From contig HF989913.1 of NCBI GenBank assembly GCA_000432255.1, forward strand, positions 76,755 to 140,754: 64,000 nucleotides of DNA, in the 5' to 3' direction. Each line of letters begins with the position of its first letter. Positions within the stretch are counted from its first letter, which is position 1. The notes beneath the pieces are model-generated. The model saw only the letters and a list, made by a program, of their open reading frames with translations. It was not told the origin of the DNA and did not search any database. Below, in pieces: positions 1 through 11,056 of this stretch. The position numbers and the translations under genes were made by a program. This DNA is from Acholeplasma sp. CAG:878. GTDB lineage: Bacteria > Bacillota_I > Bacilli_A > RF39 > UBA660.

Positions 1-173
1 AACCTAACGGGGAAGCATCTGGCTCAATTATCGAAACAGAAGCTCCAATTCATGTTTCTAATGTTATGATAGAAGATTCAAAAACTAAAAAACCAACTCG
101 TATCGGTTATACTACAAATAAAGCAGGTAAAAAGGTTAGATTTGCTAAAAAATCTAATGAAAACCTTGATTAA
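1..173 (+). CDS. rplX: 50S ribosomal protein L24, 3' end (partial; gene starts upstream of window)
   Basis: In-frame translation ...[56 protein letters not shown] ends at 171-173; position immediately upstream of rplE is as expected in the spc operon. Confidence 0.8.
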   Translation, partial: PNGEASGSIIETEAPIHVSNVMIEDSKTKKPTRIGYTTNKAGKKVRFAKKSNENLD

Positions 174-187
174 GGAAGGAGGGTATT

Positions 188-727
188 ATGAACCGCCTAA
201 AAGAAAAATATACAAAGGAAATCATACCTAGTTTACAAAGCAAATATCAATATAAAAGTGTTATGGAAGTTCCTAAACTAGAAAAAATCGTTGTTAATAT
301 CGGAGTTGGTGATGCCGCACACAATTCTAAATTATTAGAAGCATCACTAAGTGAACTAGAATTAATTACAGGACAAAAACCAATTGCAACTAAAGCTAAA
401 AAAGCTATTGCTGGTTTTAAATTAAGAGAAGGTCAACCTATCGGATGTAAAGTTACATTAAGAGGAGAAAATATGTATAACTTCTTAGATAAACTAATCA
501 GTATTACATTACCTCGTGTTCGTGACTTTAGAGGATTATCTAATAAATCATTTGATGGAAGAGGTAACTATACTTTAGGTTTAACTGAACAATTAATTTT
601 CTCAGAAATCGTATATGACAATGTTGTAAAAGTTCGAGGAATGGATATTGTATTTGTAACTACTGCAAAGACAAATGACGAAGCATTAGACCTATTAAAA
701 GGCTTCGGAATGCCGTTTAAGAAATAG
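188..727 (+). CDS. rplE: 50S ribosomal protein L5
   Basis: 179-aa ORF; strong RBS GGAAGGAGGG 8 nt upstream; conserved L5 sequence and operon order. Confidence 0.95.
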   Translation: MNRLKEKYTKEIIPSLQSKYQYKSVMEVPKLEKIVVNIGVGDAAHNSKLLEASLSELELITGQKPIATKAKKAIAGFKLREGQPIGCKVTLRGENMYNFLDKLISITLPRVRDFRGLSNKSFDGRGNYTLGLTEQLIFSEIVYDNVVKVRGMDIVFVTTAKTNDEALDLLKGFGMPFKK

Positions 728-736
728 GAGGAAATT

Positions 737-922
737 ATGGCTAAGAAAAGTATGATTATAAAGGCTAGTCGTAAACCAAAATATCAAGTACGTCAATATA
801 CAAGATGCGAAAAATGTGGTCGTCCACATGCTGTATTACGTAAATATGGAATTTGCCGTATTTGTTTCAGAGAACTAGCTTACAAAGGACAAATACCAGG
901 TGTTAAAAAATCTAGTTGGTAG
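737..922 (+). CDS. rpsN: 30S ribosomal protein S14 type Z (zinc-binding, 61 aa)
   Basis: 61-aa ORF with CxxC...CxxC (CEKCGRP...CRIC) typical of type-Z S14; sits between L5 and S8. Confidence 0.95.
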   Translation: MAKKSMIIKASRKPKYQVRQYTRCEKCGRPHAVLRKYGICRICFRELAYKGQIPGVKKSSW

Positions 923-937
923 GAAAAGGAGGATTAT

Positions 938-1333
938 ATGGTAACAGATCCAATTGCAGATATGCTAACGCGTATTCGTAACGCCAATGCAATGCGATAT
1001 GTTGAAGTTGAAGTACCTTCATCAAAATTAAAATTAGAAATTGCAAAGATTTTAAAAGAAGAAGGATTCATCAAAGACTATAAAATTAAAAAGAACAATG
1101 TTCAAGATATTATCGTTTTAAATCTAAAATATGGTGAAAATAAAGAACGTGTTATTACCGGTTTAAAACGTATTTCTAAACCAGGACTTCGTGTATATGC
1201 AAAAGCAAATGAAGTTCCAACTGTACTAAATGGTTTAGGAATTGCTATCATTTCAACATCAAAAGGAATCATGACTGATAAAAAAGCTCGTGAATTATCT
1301 CTAGGTGGCGAAGTTTTAGCTTATATTTGGTAG
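938..1333 (+). CDS. rpsH: 30S ribosomal protein S8
   Basis: 131-aa ORF, conserved S8 sequence, operon position. Confidence 0.95.
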   Translation: MVTDPIADMLTRIRNANAMRYVEVEVPSSKLKLEIAKILKEEGFIKDYKIKKNNVQDIIVLNLKYGENKERVITGLKRISKPGLRVYAKANEVPTVLNGLGIAIISTSKGIMTDKKARELSLGGEVLAYIW

Positions 1334-1347
1334 AAAGGAAGAGACTT

Positions 1348-1878
1348 ATGAGTCGTATAGGTAATCGTATTTTAAAAGTACCAGCAGGTGTTACCGTAAC
1401 AGTAAATGGTAATATTGTAGAAGTTAGTGGACCAAAAGGAACTCTTTCTACAGAAATCAATCCAAATATTACTGTTAAAGTAGAAAACGAAGAAATTACA
1501 GTTACAAGAAAAAACGATAACTACGCATCTTTCCATGGAACTGCTAATGCTAATATTAAAAATATGATAATTGGTGTTACAGAAGGATATGAAAAGAAAC
1601 TAGAAGCTGTAGGTGTTGGATATCGTTTCGCACTTAAAGATGGAATGTTAGTTGTAACTGCAGGTTTCTCTCATCCAGTTAATGTAGAAATTCCAGAAGG
1701 TATAACTTTGGAAAGTCCAAGTAATACTGAATTAACTATTAAGGGAATTGACAAACAATTAGTTGGTGAGTATGCAGCAAACATAAGAAAAATTAGAAAA
1801 CCTGAACCATATAAAGGAAAAGGTATTCGTTATGCAGGTGAAGTTATTATCCGTAAAGTTGGTAAAAAAGCTGCTTAA
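1348..1878 (+). CDS. rplF: 50S ribosomal protein L6
   Basis: Conserved L6 sequence; start chosen at ATG 1348 (MSRIGNR) behind RBS GAAAGGAAGAG rather than the upstream in-frame extension in the ORF track. Confidence 0.93.
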   Translation: MSRIGNRILKVPAGVTVTVNGNIVEVSGPKGTLSTEINPNITVKVENEEITVTRKNDNYASFHGTANANIKNMIIGVTEGYEKKLEAVGVGYRFALKDGMLVVTAGFSHPVNVEIPEGITLESPSNTELTIKGIDKQLVGEYAANIRKIRKPEPYKGKGIRYAGEVIIRKVGKKAA

Positions 1879-1902
1879 TAAATAATAAAAGGAGACGTTA
1901 TA

Positions 1903-2265
1903 ATGATTAAAAAAGAATCACGTAATGTAGCTCGTTTAGCAAGACATGACCGCGTAAGAGCAAAAGTTAGTGGAACTAGCGAATGCCCACGCTTAAATGT
2001 ATTTAGATCAAATAATAATATTTTCGCACAAATCATCGATGATGTTAAAGGCGTAACTTTAGTAAGTGCTTCATCTAATGATAAAGAACTAAACCTTAAA
2101 AATGGTTCAAATATTGAAGCTGCTACTAAAGTAGGTCAATTATTAGCTAAACGCGCTAAAAAAGAAAATATTACAAAAGTCACTTTTGATCGAGGTGGCT
2201 ACCTATACCATGGACGTGTTAAAGCATTAGCCGAAGCCGCACGTGAACATGGATTAGAATTTTAA
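1903..2265 (+). CDS. rplR: 50S ribosomal protein L18
   Basis: 120-aa ORF, RBS AAAGGAGA, conserved L18 sequence. Confidence 0.95.
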   Translation: MIKKESRNVARLARHDRVRAKVSGTSECPRLNVFRSNNNIFAQIIDDVKGVTLVSASSNDKELNLKNGSNIEAATKVGQLLAKRAKKENITKVTFDRGGYLYHGRVKALAEAAREHGLEF

Positions 2266-2275
2266 GGAGGGTATT

Positions 2276-2779
2276 ATGGAGAAAAGAAAACGCGAACCAC
2301 GCCCAAAATTATATGATGAAGAAATTATCAACATCGGTCGAGTTACAAAAGTAACTAAAGGTGGTCGTCATTTCCGCTTTTCAGCAACAGTTGCTGTTGG
2401 AGACCGAAATGGTAAAGTAGGAATTGGAACAGGTAAGGCTAATGAAGTTCCAGATGCAATTAAAAAAGCAGTTGCTGCTGCTACAAAAAACGTTACAACT
2501 GTTTCAGTTGTTGACGGTACTATTCCACATGAAGCACTAGGTGTTCGTGGAGCAAGTAAAATCATGTTAAAACCAGCTGGAAAAGGTACTGGAGTTAAAG
2601 CTGGAGGAGCTGTTCGTTCAGTTCTAGAATTAGCAGGAGTTAAAGATATCTTATCTAAATCACTAGGTTCAAATACTAAAATTAATATGGCATATGCAAC
2701 ATTAGAAGCATTAAAATCACAAAGAACAATTGAAGAAGTTGCTAAATTACGTGGCAAGAAAGTTGAGGAGATTCGATGA
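2276..2779 (+). CDS. rpsE: 30S ribosomal protein S5
   Basis: 167-aa ORF, conserved S5 ([14 protein letters not shown]...). Confidence 0.95.
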   Translation: MEKRKREPRPKLYDEEIINIGRVTKVTKGGRHFRFSATVAVGDRNGKVGIGTGKANEVPDAIKKAVAAATKNVTTVSVVDGTIPHEALGVRGASKIMLKPAGKGTGVKAGGAVRSVLELAGVKDILSKSLGSNTKINMAYATLEALKSQRTIEEVAKLRGKKVEEIR

Positions 2780-3219
2780 AATTACATACATTAGCTCCAA
2801 ATGAAGGTGCTACTAAGACCCGTAAAAGAGTTGGACGTGGTACAGGTTCAGGATTAGGAAAAACTAGTGGAAAAGGTCATAAAGGTCAAAATGCTCGTTC
2901 AGGTGGAGGAGTAAGACCAGGATTTGAAGGTGGACAATTACCTTTATTCCGTAGACTACCAAAAAGAGGTTTTTCAAATGCTTTATTTAAAACAGAATAT
3001 GCTGTAATCAATTTAAGTGATTTAAATAAATTTGAAGATGGTGCTGTTGTTACTCCAGAATTATTAAAAGACATGGGTCTTTTGAAAAAACAATTAGATG
3101 GCATCAAAGTATTGGGCAACGGAAAATTAGAAAGAAAATTAACTGTTAGAGCTCATAAATTCTCTAGCAAAGCTAAAGAAGAAATAGAAAAATTAGGTGG
3201 AAAAACAGAGGTGATTTAA
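2776..3219 (+). CDS. rplO: 50S ribosomal protein L15
   Basis: 147-aa Gly-rich N-terminus typical of L15; overlaps rpsE stop (ATGA), leaving no room for rpmD (L30). Confidence 0.95.
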   Translation: MKLHTLAPNEGATKTRKRVGRGTGSGLGKTSGKGHKGQNARSGGGVRPGFEGGQLPLFRRLPKRGFSNALFKTEYAVINLSDLNKFEDGAVVTPELLKDMGLLKKQLDGIKVLGNGKLERKLTVRAHKFSSKAKEEIEKLGGKTEVI

Positions 3220-3220
3220 A

Positions 3221-4483
3221 ATGCTTAAAACATTTAAACAAATCTTTAGTCCAAAAAACAAAGATATTCAAAAGCGCATTTTATTCACTCTAGGGTGCTT
3301 AATTATATTTATCGTTGGTCAAGCAATAATAGTTCCAGGAATTAATAAAGATGCATTAGGTACAAATACATTAGGTTTCTTTCAATTAATGAACTTAATG
3401 GGTGGAGGAAGCTTAGAGAGATTTTCAATTTTCGCTTTAGGTGTTATGCCATACATTACTGCATCAATTATTATTCAAATTCTATCAATGGATATTATTC
3501 CATATTTGACAGAATTAACTAAACAAGGTGGAACTGGTAGAGCGCAAATTAATAAAATTACAAGATATACTGGTATTGCTTTAGCATTTATTCAAGGTTA
3601 CGTATATTCATTTGCTTATCTAGGAAATGGAGGAAGTCTAATTAATCTTGATTATATGCAATTTGCTTTAGTTTTAACTGCTGGTACCTCTCTATTATTA
3701 TGGATAGGTGACCAAATGACAGCTAAAGGAATTGGTAATGGAATATCAATGATAATCATGGCTGGAATTATTGCTAATTTACCTACAATGTTTACAACTG
3801 CATTTAATGAAATGATTAAATCAGGAACAGTAGGTATAATTGAATTTATTCTATATGTATTAGTTTATATAGGAATAGTAATTGGAATAGTTTATGTTGA
3901 AGGAGCAGAAAGAAGAATTCAAATTCAATATGCTAATAAATCAAATAATAGTTTTGGTGGTAGACAAAATTACATTCCATTTAAACTTAATTCAGCCGGA
4001 GTAATCCCTGTAATCTTTGCTTCTACATTAGTTTCAATTCCATCATTCATAGCAGCAATTATTAAAAAAGACGCATTTACAAACTTTATTAATAAATGGA
4101 TTGTTATGAACACACCAACTGGATTTGTTTTATATATCGTTTTGATTTTCTTATTTGCATATTTTTATACATTCATGCAAATAAAACCAAAAGATACAAG
4201 TGATAATTTAAACAAAAATGGTGGGTATATACCAGGAATTAGACCGGGTGAAGACACTGAAAAATATATAAGTAAAGTATTAAGTAGAATTACAATTGTT
4301 GGAGCAACATTCCTTGCAATATTAGCAGGTACTCCTATAATATTTGGAGTAATTACAAATTTATCTAGTAATGTAACGCTTGGAGGTACAGGACTATTAA
4401 TCGTTGTTGGTGTTGCTTTAGAAACATATAAACAATTAGAAAGTCAACTACAAAGTAGAAGTTATAAAAAAGGAAGAAGATAA
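3221..4483 (+). CDS. secY: Preprotein translocase subunit SecY
   Basis: 420-aa polytopic membrane protein with conserved SecY sequence and operon position. Confidence 0.95.
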   Translation: MLKTFKQIFSPKNKDIQKRILFTLGCLIIFIVGQAIIVPGINKDALGTNTLGFFQLMNLMGGGSLERFSIFALGVMPYITASIIIQILSMDIIPYLTELTKQGGTGRAQINKITRYTGIALAFIQGYVYSFAYLGNGGSLINLDYMQFALVLTAGTSLLLWIGDQMTAKGIGNGISMIIMAGIIANLPTMFTTAFNEMIKSGTVGIIEFILYVLVYIGIVIGIVYVEGAERRIQIQYANKSNNSFGGRQNYIPFKLNSAGVIPVIFASTLVSIPSFIAAIIKKDAFTNFINKWIVMNTPTGFVLYIVLIFLFAYFYTFMQIKPKDTSDNLNKNGGYIPGIRPGEDTEKYISKVLSRITIVGATFLAILAGTPIIFGVITNLSSNVTLGGTGLLIVVGVALETYKQLESQLQSRSYKKGRR

Positions 4484-4484
4484 A

Positions 4485-5147
4485 ATGAGAAACATCATTT
4501 TAATAGCCCCACCAGCAGCTGGTAAGGGAACACAATCAAAAATGATTTGTGAAAAATATCAAATTCCTCATATTTCAACTGGTGACTTACTAAGAGATGA
4601 GGCAAAAAAAGAAACAAAATTAGGTAAATTAATTCAAAATAAAATGAATAATGGGGAATTAGTAACTGATGAAATAGTTATTGAACTATTAAAAAATAGA
4701 ATTAAAAAACCTGATTGTTCTAATGGTTATGTTCTAGATGGATTTCCAAGAAACATTTCTCAAGCAGAAAAATACTTAGAAATACTAGAAGAATTTAATT
4801 TACCGCTAGGAGATGTAATTTATCTAGAATTACCAAAAGAAATTGCTAAAAAAAGAATTGTTGGAAGATTATCATGTACTAATTGTGGTGCAGTGTATAA
4901 TGACCAATTTGAGGAAAGTAAACCAAAAAATTTAGAAGTATGTGATTTATGTAACAACACACTTTCTAAAAGAGAAGATGACAATGAAGAAGTTTTCGAT
5001 AAAAGATATGATACATATGTTTTAGAAACAAAACCTTTAATTGATTTCTTTGATGAAAAAGGTTTACTATCTAAAATCGATAGTAGTGTAAGCATAGAAA
5101 GTGCTTTCAATGAAATAGAAAAGATTATTAATCGAGGTAATTTATGA
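4485..5147 (+). CDS. adk: Adenylate kinase (zinc-lid type)
   Basis: P-loop GAPPAAGKGTQ; lid with four Cys (CTNCG...CDLCNN). Confidence 0.95.
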   Translation: MRNIILIAPPAAGKGTQSKMICEKYQIPHISTGDLLRDEAKKETKLGKLIQNKMNNGELVTDEIVIELLKNRIKKPDCSNGYVLDGFPRNISQAEKYLEILEEFNLPLGDVIYLELPKEIAKKRIVGRLSCTNCGAVYNDQFEESKPKNLEVCDLCNNTLSKREDDNEEVFDKRYDTYVLETKPLIDFFDEKGLLSKIDSSVSIESAFNEIEKIINRGNL

Positions 5148-5884
5148 TTAAAACAGAAGAAGAAATTGAACTTATGCGAATAGCAGGTAAAATTGTTGGT
5201 GATACACACAATTACTTAAAACAATTTATAAAACCTGGCATAAGAACAAAAGAATTAGATAAATTAGCTTATGATTATATACTAAGTCGTGATGCTACTC
5301 CGTCTTTTAAAGGTTATATGGGTTTTCCAGGTACAGTTTGTATATCAATTAATGATGAGGTTGTACATGGAATCCCAAGTAATCGAAAATTAAAAGAGGG
5401 CGATATAGTATCAATTGATATAGGGGCGTGTTATAAAGGATATCATGGGGATTCAGCTTGGTCTTACCCAGTTGGTAAAATAAGCAAAGAAAAAGAATAT
5501 CTTTTAAAACATACTGAAGAATCTTTATTTGAAGGATTAAAAGAAGCTAAATCTGGCAATAGAATAGGAGATATATCTCATGCTATTGAGAATCACGCTA
5601 AGAAATATCACTTAGGTGTGGTAAAAGAATTAGTAGGACATGGAATAGGTAATTGTGTTCATCAAAAGCCTGATGTTCCTAATTATGGCAAACGAGGTTG
5701 TGGAATGGAACTTAAAAGTGGTATGACAATTGCTGTTGAACCAATGTTAACACTTGGAAGTCCAAAAGTATTTATCTTAGATGATGATTGGACAATTGTA
5801 ACAGGTGATGAAAGTCCAGCCGCACATTTTGAACACACTATTCTAATTACAGATGATGGCTACGAAATTTTGACAAAGAGGTGA
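5144..5884 (+). CDS. map: Type I methionine aminopeptidase
   Basis: 246 aa, conserved metal-ligand context ([17 protein letters not shown]-rich); overlaps adk stop. Confidence 0.93.
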   Translation: MIKTEEEIELMRIAGKIVGDTHNYLKQFIKPGIRTKELDKLAYDYILSRDATPSFKGYMGFPGTVCISINDEVVHGIPSNRKLKEGDIVSIDIGACYKGYHGDSAWSYPVGKISKEKEYLLKHTEESLFEGLKEAKSGNRIGDISHAIENHAKKYHLGVVKELVGHGIGNCVHQKPDVPNYGKRGCGMELKSGMTIAVEPMLTLGSPKVFILDDDWTIVTGDESPAAHFEHTILITDDGYEILTKR

Positions 5885-5888
5885 TATA

Positions 5889-6104
5889 ATGGCTAAGGAT
5901 GATATAATAGAAGTTGAAGGAAAAGTATTAGAAATTATTCCTGGAGGCGACTTTATCGTCGAATTAGAAAACAAACATACTGTAGTTGCTCGCGTTTCTG
6001 GTAAAATCCGAATGAACATGATTCGCATCTTACCAGGTGATACAGTAGTTTTGGAAATCTCTTCGTATGACCTAAAACGTGGGCGAATCATTTATCGAAA
6101 ATGA
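5889..6104 (+). CDS. infA: Translation initiation factor IF-1
   Basis: 71-aa S1-like fold with highly conserved IF-1 sequence. Confidence 0.95.
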   Translation: MAKDDIIEVEGKVLEIIPGGDFIVELENKHTVVARVSGKIRMNMIRILPGDTVVLEISSYDLKRGRIIYRK

Positions 6105-6130
6105 ACCTAATTATATAGGAGGGAAATTTT

Positions 6131-6244
6131 ATGAAAATCAAACCATCAGTAAAACCAATGTGTGATAAATGCAAAGTTATTAGACGTAAAGGACGCGTAC
6201 AAGTTATTTGTTCAAATCCTAAACATAAACAAAGACAAGGTTAA
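6131..6244 (+). CDS. rpmJ: 50S ribosomal protein L36 (not in the supplied ORF track)
   Basis: Hand translation [37 protein letters not shown] (37 aa, C-x2-C-x12-C-x4-H zinc ribbon); RBS GGAGGG upstream; canonical position between infA and rpsM. Confidence 0.9.
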   Translation: MKIKPSVKPMCDKCKVIRRKGRVQVICSNPKHKQRQG

Positions 6245-6258
6245 TAGGAGGTGTTTTA

Positions 6259-6624
6259 ATGGCACGTATTAAGGGTGTAGATATCCCAGATAATAAGCGT
6301 ATTGAAATTGCATTAACTTATATTTATGGTATTGGTCGTAGTCTATCTACTAAAATTTTAGCAGATGCTAAAATTGATGCAAATCGTAAAGCTGGAACTT
6401 TATCAAATGAAGAATTAGTATTAATTCGTGATGAAGTAAACAAATATCTTACTGAAGGTGATTTACGTCGTGAAGTTAACATGAACATCAAAAACAAGAT
6501 GGAAATCAATTGTTATCAAGGCGTTCGTCACAAAAGAGGATTACCAGTTAGAGGACAAAGAACTAACCGTAACGCACGTACTCGTAAGGGTAAAGGTAAA
6601 GTTGTTGCAAATAAGAAGAAATAA
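6259..6624 (+). CDS. rpsM: 30S ribosomal protein S13
   Basis: 121 aa, conserved S13 sequence, RBS TAGGAGG. Confidence 0.95.
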   Translation: MARIKGVDIPDNKRIEIALTYIYGIGRSLSTKILADAKIDANRKAGTLSNEELVLIRDEVNKYLTEGDLRREVNMNIKNKMEINCYQGVRHKRGLPVRGQRTNRNARTRKGKGKVVANKKK

Positions 6625-6644
6625 AACTTTAAGGAGGTTAAATT

Positions 6645-7028
6645 ATGGCTTATAAAGCACGTAAACGTAAAGTTAAGAAAAATGTTCCTGAAGGAAAAGC
6701 TTTTATTCACTCAACTTTTAATAATACGATTGTTACAATTACTGATAATGAAGGTAATGCAATCAGTTGGGCTTCAGCTGGAACTTTAGGATTTAAAGGA
6801 AGCAAAAAATCAACTCCTTTCGCAGCTGGTATGAGTGCAGAAGCTGCCGGAAAAGCTGCTGTTGAAATGGGAATGAAAAAAGTAGAAGTATTCGTAAAAG
6901 GACTTGGTTCTGGTCGCGAAACTGCAATTCGTTCACTACAAACTGCAGGATTAGAAATTGCATCTATTCAAGATGTAACACCAATTCCGCACAATGGTTG
7001 TCGTCCACCAAAACGTCCACGTGGATAA
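6645..7028 (+). CDS. rpsK: 30S ribosomal protein S11
   Basis: 127 aa, conserved S11 sequence, RBS AAGGAGG. Confidence 0.95.
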   Translation: MAYKARKRKVKKNVPEGKAFIHSTFNNTIVTITDNEGNAISWASAGTLGFKGSKKSTPFAAGMSAEAAGKAAVEMGMKKVEVFVKGLGSGRETAIRSLQTAGLEIASIQDVTPIPHNGCRPPKRPRG

Positions 7029-7047
7029 TAATAAAGGAGGTTTATAA

Positions 7048-7998
7048 ATGCTAAACTTTGAAAAACCAATATTCAAGATAACTGAATATGTAGAAAATAA
7101 TAATTATGGTAAATTTGAACTAGAACCACTAGAAAGAGGTTTTGGAACAACTTTAGGTAATGCATTAAGAAGAGTAATGCTTTCAAGTATGCCAGGTAGC
7201 GCTATTGTGGCAGTTAAAATTGAAGGTGTTATGCACGAATTTCAAACAATGGATGGAATAGTTGAAGATGTTACTTCAATAGTTCTAAATTTAAAAAATG
7301 TCGTTATTAAAAATCATTCAGAAGGAGAAAAAATAATAAGATTAAACACTTCAAAAGAAGGTGTTGTAACTGCTGGTGATTTTGAATGCGACCCAGATAT
7401 CGAAATTATAAATCCAGAGCAAGAAATAGCAACAATTGCTGCAGGTGGAAAATTAGAAATGGAAATGATTGTTTCAAACGGTCGTGGATATGTTCCATCA
7501 ACAGAAAATAAAAAATTTGTTGAAAATAACAAATTAGGCTATATTCCAATTGATGCACTATATTCACCAATTGAAAGAATTAGTTATGAAGTAGAAAATG
7601 CTCGTGTTGGTCAAGATGCTAATTATGATAAGTTAATTTTAAGCGTATATACTAATGGCTCAATTAGACCAGAAGAAGCAGTAGCTCTAGGTTCTAAAAT
7701 ATTGATTGAACACTTCAATATTTTAACAAATCTAAGTGAAATAGCTGATATGACAGGTATTATGAGTGCTAAACAAGAAGATAGTAAACTTAAAAAATTA
7801 GAAACTTCAATTGATGATTTAGATTTCTCAGTTAGAGCTTATAATTGTTTGAAAAGAGCCAATATTAATACTTTAGGAGATTTAACAGAAAAAACAGAAT
7901 TAGAAATGATGAAAATTCGTAATTTAGGTAAAAAATCACTTAAAGAAGTTATGGACAAAATAAAAGAAATGGGACTTAGATTCCGCGAAGAAGACTAG
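7048..7998 (+). CDS. rpoA: DNA-directed RNA polymerase alpha subunit
   Basis: 316 aa with N-terminal dimerisation and C-terminal alpha-CTD ([17 protein letters not shown]...). Confidence 0.95.
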   Translation: MLNFEKPIFKITEYVENNNYGKFELEPLERGFGTTLGNALRRVMLSSMPGSAIVAVKIEGVMHEFQTMDGIVEDVTSIVLNLKNVVIKNHSEGEKIIRLNTSKEGVVTAGDFECDPDIEIINPEQEIATIAAGGKLEMEMIVSNGRGYVPSTENKKFVENNKLGYIPIDALYSPIERISYEVENARVGQDANYDKLILSVYTNGSIRPEEAVALGSKILIEHFNILTNLSEIADMTGIMSAKQEDSKLKKLETSIDDLDFSVRAYNCLKRANINTLGDLTEKTELEMMKIRNLGKKSLKEVMDKIKEMGLRFREED

Positions 7999-8009
7999 GA
8001 GGTAATTTT

Positions 8010-8363
8010 GTGTATAGAAAATTAGGGCGTACCAATAAACACCGTCGTAGTATGCTAGCCAACTTAACTCGTAATCTAATCAAATACGAAAGAATTGAAA
8101 CTACTGAAACAAGAGCAAAAGAAGTAAGAAAATTCTTAGATAAAATGATTACATACGGAAAAGATGGTTCGTTAGTATCAAGACGTAAAGCCTTAGCATT
8201 CTTACAAAACGATAATGAAGCAGTTAAAAAAGTATTCGATGTACTAGCTCCTCGTTACGCTAACCGTAATGGTGGATATACAAGAATATTAAAACTTGAT
8301 GAACGTCGTGGTGATGATGCTTTAATGGCAATTATAGAATTAGTAGAGGAAGATGCAAAATAG
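8010..8363 (+). CDS. rplQ: 50S ribosomal protein L17 (GTG start)
   Basis: 117 aa, conserved L17; GTG at 8010 behind RBS TAGGAGG. Confidence 0.93.
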   Translation: MYRKLGRTNKHRRSMLANLTRNLIKYERIETTETRAKEVRKFLDKMITYGKDGSLVSRRKALAFLQNDNEAVKKVFDVLAPRYANRNGGYTRILKLDERRGDDALMAIIELVEEDAK

Positions 8364-8376
8364 CATCTTTTTTTGT
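8351..8376 (+). terminator. Rho-independent terminator after rplQ
   Basis: Stem AGATGC / GCATCT with loop AAAATA, followed by T8. Confidence 0.7.
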
Positions 8377-8385
8377 TTAATAATA

Positions 8386-8450
8386 AAATGTACGAAATGT
8401 ACAAAATTTAATAAAAAATATGTACAAAATGTACGAAATGTGATATTATT
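8386..8450 (+). promoter_or_regulatory. Four copies of ATGTAC[G/A]AA in two mirrored pairs overlapping a candidate promoter (-10 TATTAT ~8444) for the DUF4143 ATPase gene
   Basis: aaATGTACGAAATGTACAAAat (8388-8405) and atATGTACAAAATGTACGAAat (8420-8437) read directly from the sequence. Confidence 0.4.
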
Positions 8451-8464
8451 TAAGTGGTGAGATA

Positions 8465-9757
8465 ATGAAAAGAAAAATCGAGGAAGAATTACTTAAATGG
8501 AAAAATGATTTTAAAACTCCTTTAATGCTGGTTGGTGCTAGGCAAACTGGAAAAACTTATATAATAGACAAATTTTGTTTAAATAATTTTAAAAACTATA
8601 TTTATATTAATTTAGAAAAAGAAAGTTCTATTGTTGAAATATTTGATAAAACATTTAATCCAGATGAAATAATTGAAAAAATAGAAATACTTAAAAATAT
8701 AAATATAAATGTTTCTGATACAGTTATATTTTTCGATGAAATACAAGTAAGTGAAAGAGCTATAACATCATTAAAATATTTTTGCGAAAGCGAAAAACCT
8801 TATAAAATAATTTGTGCTGGTTCATTATTAGGAGTAAAAATCAACAGATTTAAATCTTCGTTTCCAGTTGGTAAAGTTTTAATTAAATATTTATATCCAT
8901 TAGATTTTGAAGAATTTTTAGATGCAATAGGGGAAGAAAAATTAAAAATAGAAATAAAAAAACACTATGAATCCTGTGTTCCACTATTAGATTGTATACA
9001 TGATAAAGCAATTGATTTATATAAAAAATATTTGATTTTGGGTGGGATGCCATCTATTATAAAAGATTTTATAAATAAAAATATGAAAATAACAGAAGTT
9101 AACTTTGACATACAGGAACAAATAATAACTTCTTATTTGGCTGATATGAACAAATATACGGAAAATTCTGAAGGAATTAAAAATAGTAAAATATATAACT
9201 CTATTCCCAAAGAATTAGCACGCGAAAACAACACTTTTAAATATAGTTTAATATCAAGTGATGCTAGAAAAGTAAGGTATGAGTCTAGTCTAGATTGGTT
9301 ATTAGCAAGTAATATGATTATAAAATGTAACCTTACTTTAAAAAATGAGTCTCCATTAAAAGCATTTATTAACGAGGATAAATTTAAATTGTATTTAAGT
9401 GATTGTGGCTTATTAAGAGCACTATCAAATATAGATTATAGAGAAATATTATTAGATAAAAATATTATGTATAAAGGTGTATTAACCGAAAATTATGTTG
9501 CTTGCGAATTTTTTTCTAAATCAAAGGAATTATATTATTATACTTTTGAAAAATATGAAATAGATTTTTTAGTCAAAATTAATGGTAATCTTATCCCAAT
9601 CGAAGTTAAATCAGGGAGAAGAACAAATAGTAAAAGTTTAAATGCATACATAAATAAATATAATCCAGAATACAGTATTAGATTATCGATGAAAAATTTT
9701 GGCTTTGAAAACAACATAAAGTCTATTCCTTTGTATGCAACATTTTGTATAAATTAA
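8465..9757 (+). CDS. AAA-family ATPase with DUF4143-like C-terminal region (COG1373-like)
   Basis: Walker A GARQTGKT near N-terminus; Walker B-like VIFFDEIQ; 430 aa; accessory insertion in the rplQ-ecfA junction. Confidence 0.75.
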   Translation: MKRKIEEELLKWKNDFKTPLMLVGARQTGKTYIIDKFCLNNFKNYIYINLEKESSIVEIFDKTFNPDEIIEKIEILKNININVSDTVIFFDEIQVSERAITSLKYFCESEKPYKIICAGSLLGVKINRFKSSFPVGKVLIKYLYPLDFEEFLDAIGEEKLKIEIKKHYESCVPLLDCIHDKAIDLYKKYLILGGMPSIIKDFINKNMKITEVNFDIQEQIITSYLADMNKYTENSEGIKNSKIYNSIPKELARENNTFKYSLISSDARKVRYESSLDWLLASNMIIKCNLTLKNESPLKAFINEDKFKLYLSDCGLLRALSNIDYREILLDKNIMYKGVLTENYVACEFFSKSKELYYYTFEKYEIDFLVKINGNLIPIEVKSGRRTNSKSLNAYINKYNPEYSIRLSMKNFGFENNIKSIPLYATFCIN

Positions 9758-9759
9758 AA

Positions 9760-9781
9760 AAAACTGGTAAACAGTTTTTTT
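9760..9781. terminator. Bidirectional hairpin between convergent genes
   Basis: aaaaaAACTGgtaaaCAGTTttttt lies between the 8465 (+) and 9782 (-) genes. Confidence 0.55.
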
Positions 9782-10207
9782 CTATAGAAAAGTTTTTAAC
9801 TTTTCCACACTATCTTCTTGCATGGTAACGTATTCGCTGATTATATTTTTAACTTGTTTATCTAATTCCTTATTATTTAAAATTCTTCGTCCTTCAATTA
9901 TGCCCATATTTGTACCTTGCAATAATAATTCAGCTAATTTAGAACTAGAATGGTCAGTCAAAGTTTTCATGTTTATTCCATACCATGTCATCGCTTTTGT
10001 CATTACTCCAGTTTTATGAACCTCACCTTCATTGTACTCTGGATAAATATCTTCAATTTTTTTAAAAATATCTTTATATTTATTTCTTTCAATTTCTAAA
10101 GTTTTTTTAAGTTCATTGTCCTCTACTTTTTCTAAAACAAAATCAATAGCGTCCACACCCATACAAGAACCCTTACTTATTTCATCTAATGCATTAATAT
10201 TTTCCAT
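9782..10207 (-). CDS. Hypothetical protein (141 aa)
   Basis: ORF with plausible coding composition; no motif recognised. Confidence 0.5.
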   Translation of the reverse strand: MENINALDEISKGSCMGVDAIDFVLEKVEDNELKKTLEIERNKYKDIFKKIEDIYPEYNEGEVHKTGVMTKAMTWYGINMKTLTDHSSSKLAELLLQGTNMGIIEGRRILNNKELDKQVKNIISEYVTMQEDSVEKLKTFL

Positions 10208-10257
10208 AAAATCACCATTAATAATATTCCCAATATTTATAAAATTATTATAAAATT

Positions 10258-10290
10258 TGTTGTTTAATTTTGAATTGTCTTGTATAATAT
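10258..10290 (+). promoter_or_regulatory. Sigma-A-like promoter for the SDR gene
   Basis: TTGTTT, then 17 nt, then TGtTATAAT; lies about 15 nt before the RBS. Confidence 0.5.
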
Positions 10291-10306
10291 TTAAAAGGGT
10301 GATTAT

Positions 10307-11056
10307 ATGAAAGCATTGATAACAGGAGCATCTAGCGGTATAGGAAGAGAATTTGCTATAAAATTAAGTGAGATGGGTTATGATTTAATTTTAGTTGCTA
10401 GAAGAAAAACAAAATTAGAAAAACTAAAAAAAGAACTAAAAACAAATGTTGAAATAATCAATATGGATATTTCAAGTACATATAATTGTATGTCTTTATA
10501 TAATCAAGTAAAAAAAGAAAAAATTGATATTTTAATTAATAATGCTGGTGTTGGGATATTTGGAAAATTCGACGAAACTAAATTAGACCCAGAATTAGAT
10601 ATAATCGATTTAAATATTAAAACAGTTCATACACTAACAAAATTATTTTTAAAAGACTTTAAAAAGAGAAATAGTGGATATATTTTAAATGTGGCTTCAC
10701 TTGCTGCATTCTTACCAGGACCATTAATGGCAACATACTATAGTACCAAAGCATATGTTTTAAACTTAACAGAAGCAATTCATGAAGAATTAAAACAAGA
10801 AAACAGTAATGTATATATTGGAGCATTGTGTCCGGGACCGGTTGATACAGAATTTAATGATGTCGCTAAAGTTCATTTCTCGGTTTCCTCTCAAACTCCA
10901 AGTGAAGTAGTCGATTATGCTTTAAAGAAAATGTTTAGAAATAAATTAGTAATCATTCCAGGTTTTAAAAATAGATTAGGTTTGTTTTTAACAAAATTAT
11001 TACCTTTAAAATTAAAGTTAAAAGTATGTTATCGATTACAAGAAAGTAAACGATAA
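10307..11056 (+). CDS. Short-chain dehydrogenase/reductase (SDR) family oxidoreductase
   Basis: Cofactor motif TGASSGIG; NNAG; catalytic YSTSK. Confidence 0.85.
   Translation: MKALITGASSGIGREFAIKLSEMGYDLILVARRKTKLEKLKKELKTNVEIINMDISSTYNCMSLYNQVKKEKIDILINNAGVGIFGKFDETKLDPELDIIDLNIKTVHTLTKLFLKDFKKRNSGYILNVASLAAFLPGPLMATYYSTKAYVLNLTEAIHEELKQENSNVYIGALCPGPVDTEFNDVAKVHFSVSSQTPSEVVDYALKKMFRNKLVIIPGFKNRLGLFLTKLLPLKLKLKVCYRLQESKR

Noticed and set aside
1269-7532. Minus-strand ORFs inside the ribosomal operon (1269-1460, 2368-2757, 2886-3119, 4820-5209, 5843-6091, 6324-6509, 6528-6710, 7314-7532)
   Set aside because: All are antisense to strongly conserved, well-supported genes. They have no RBS or family resemblance and are typical spurious open frames.
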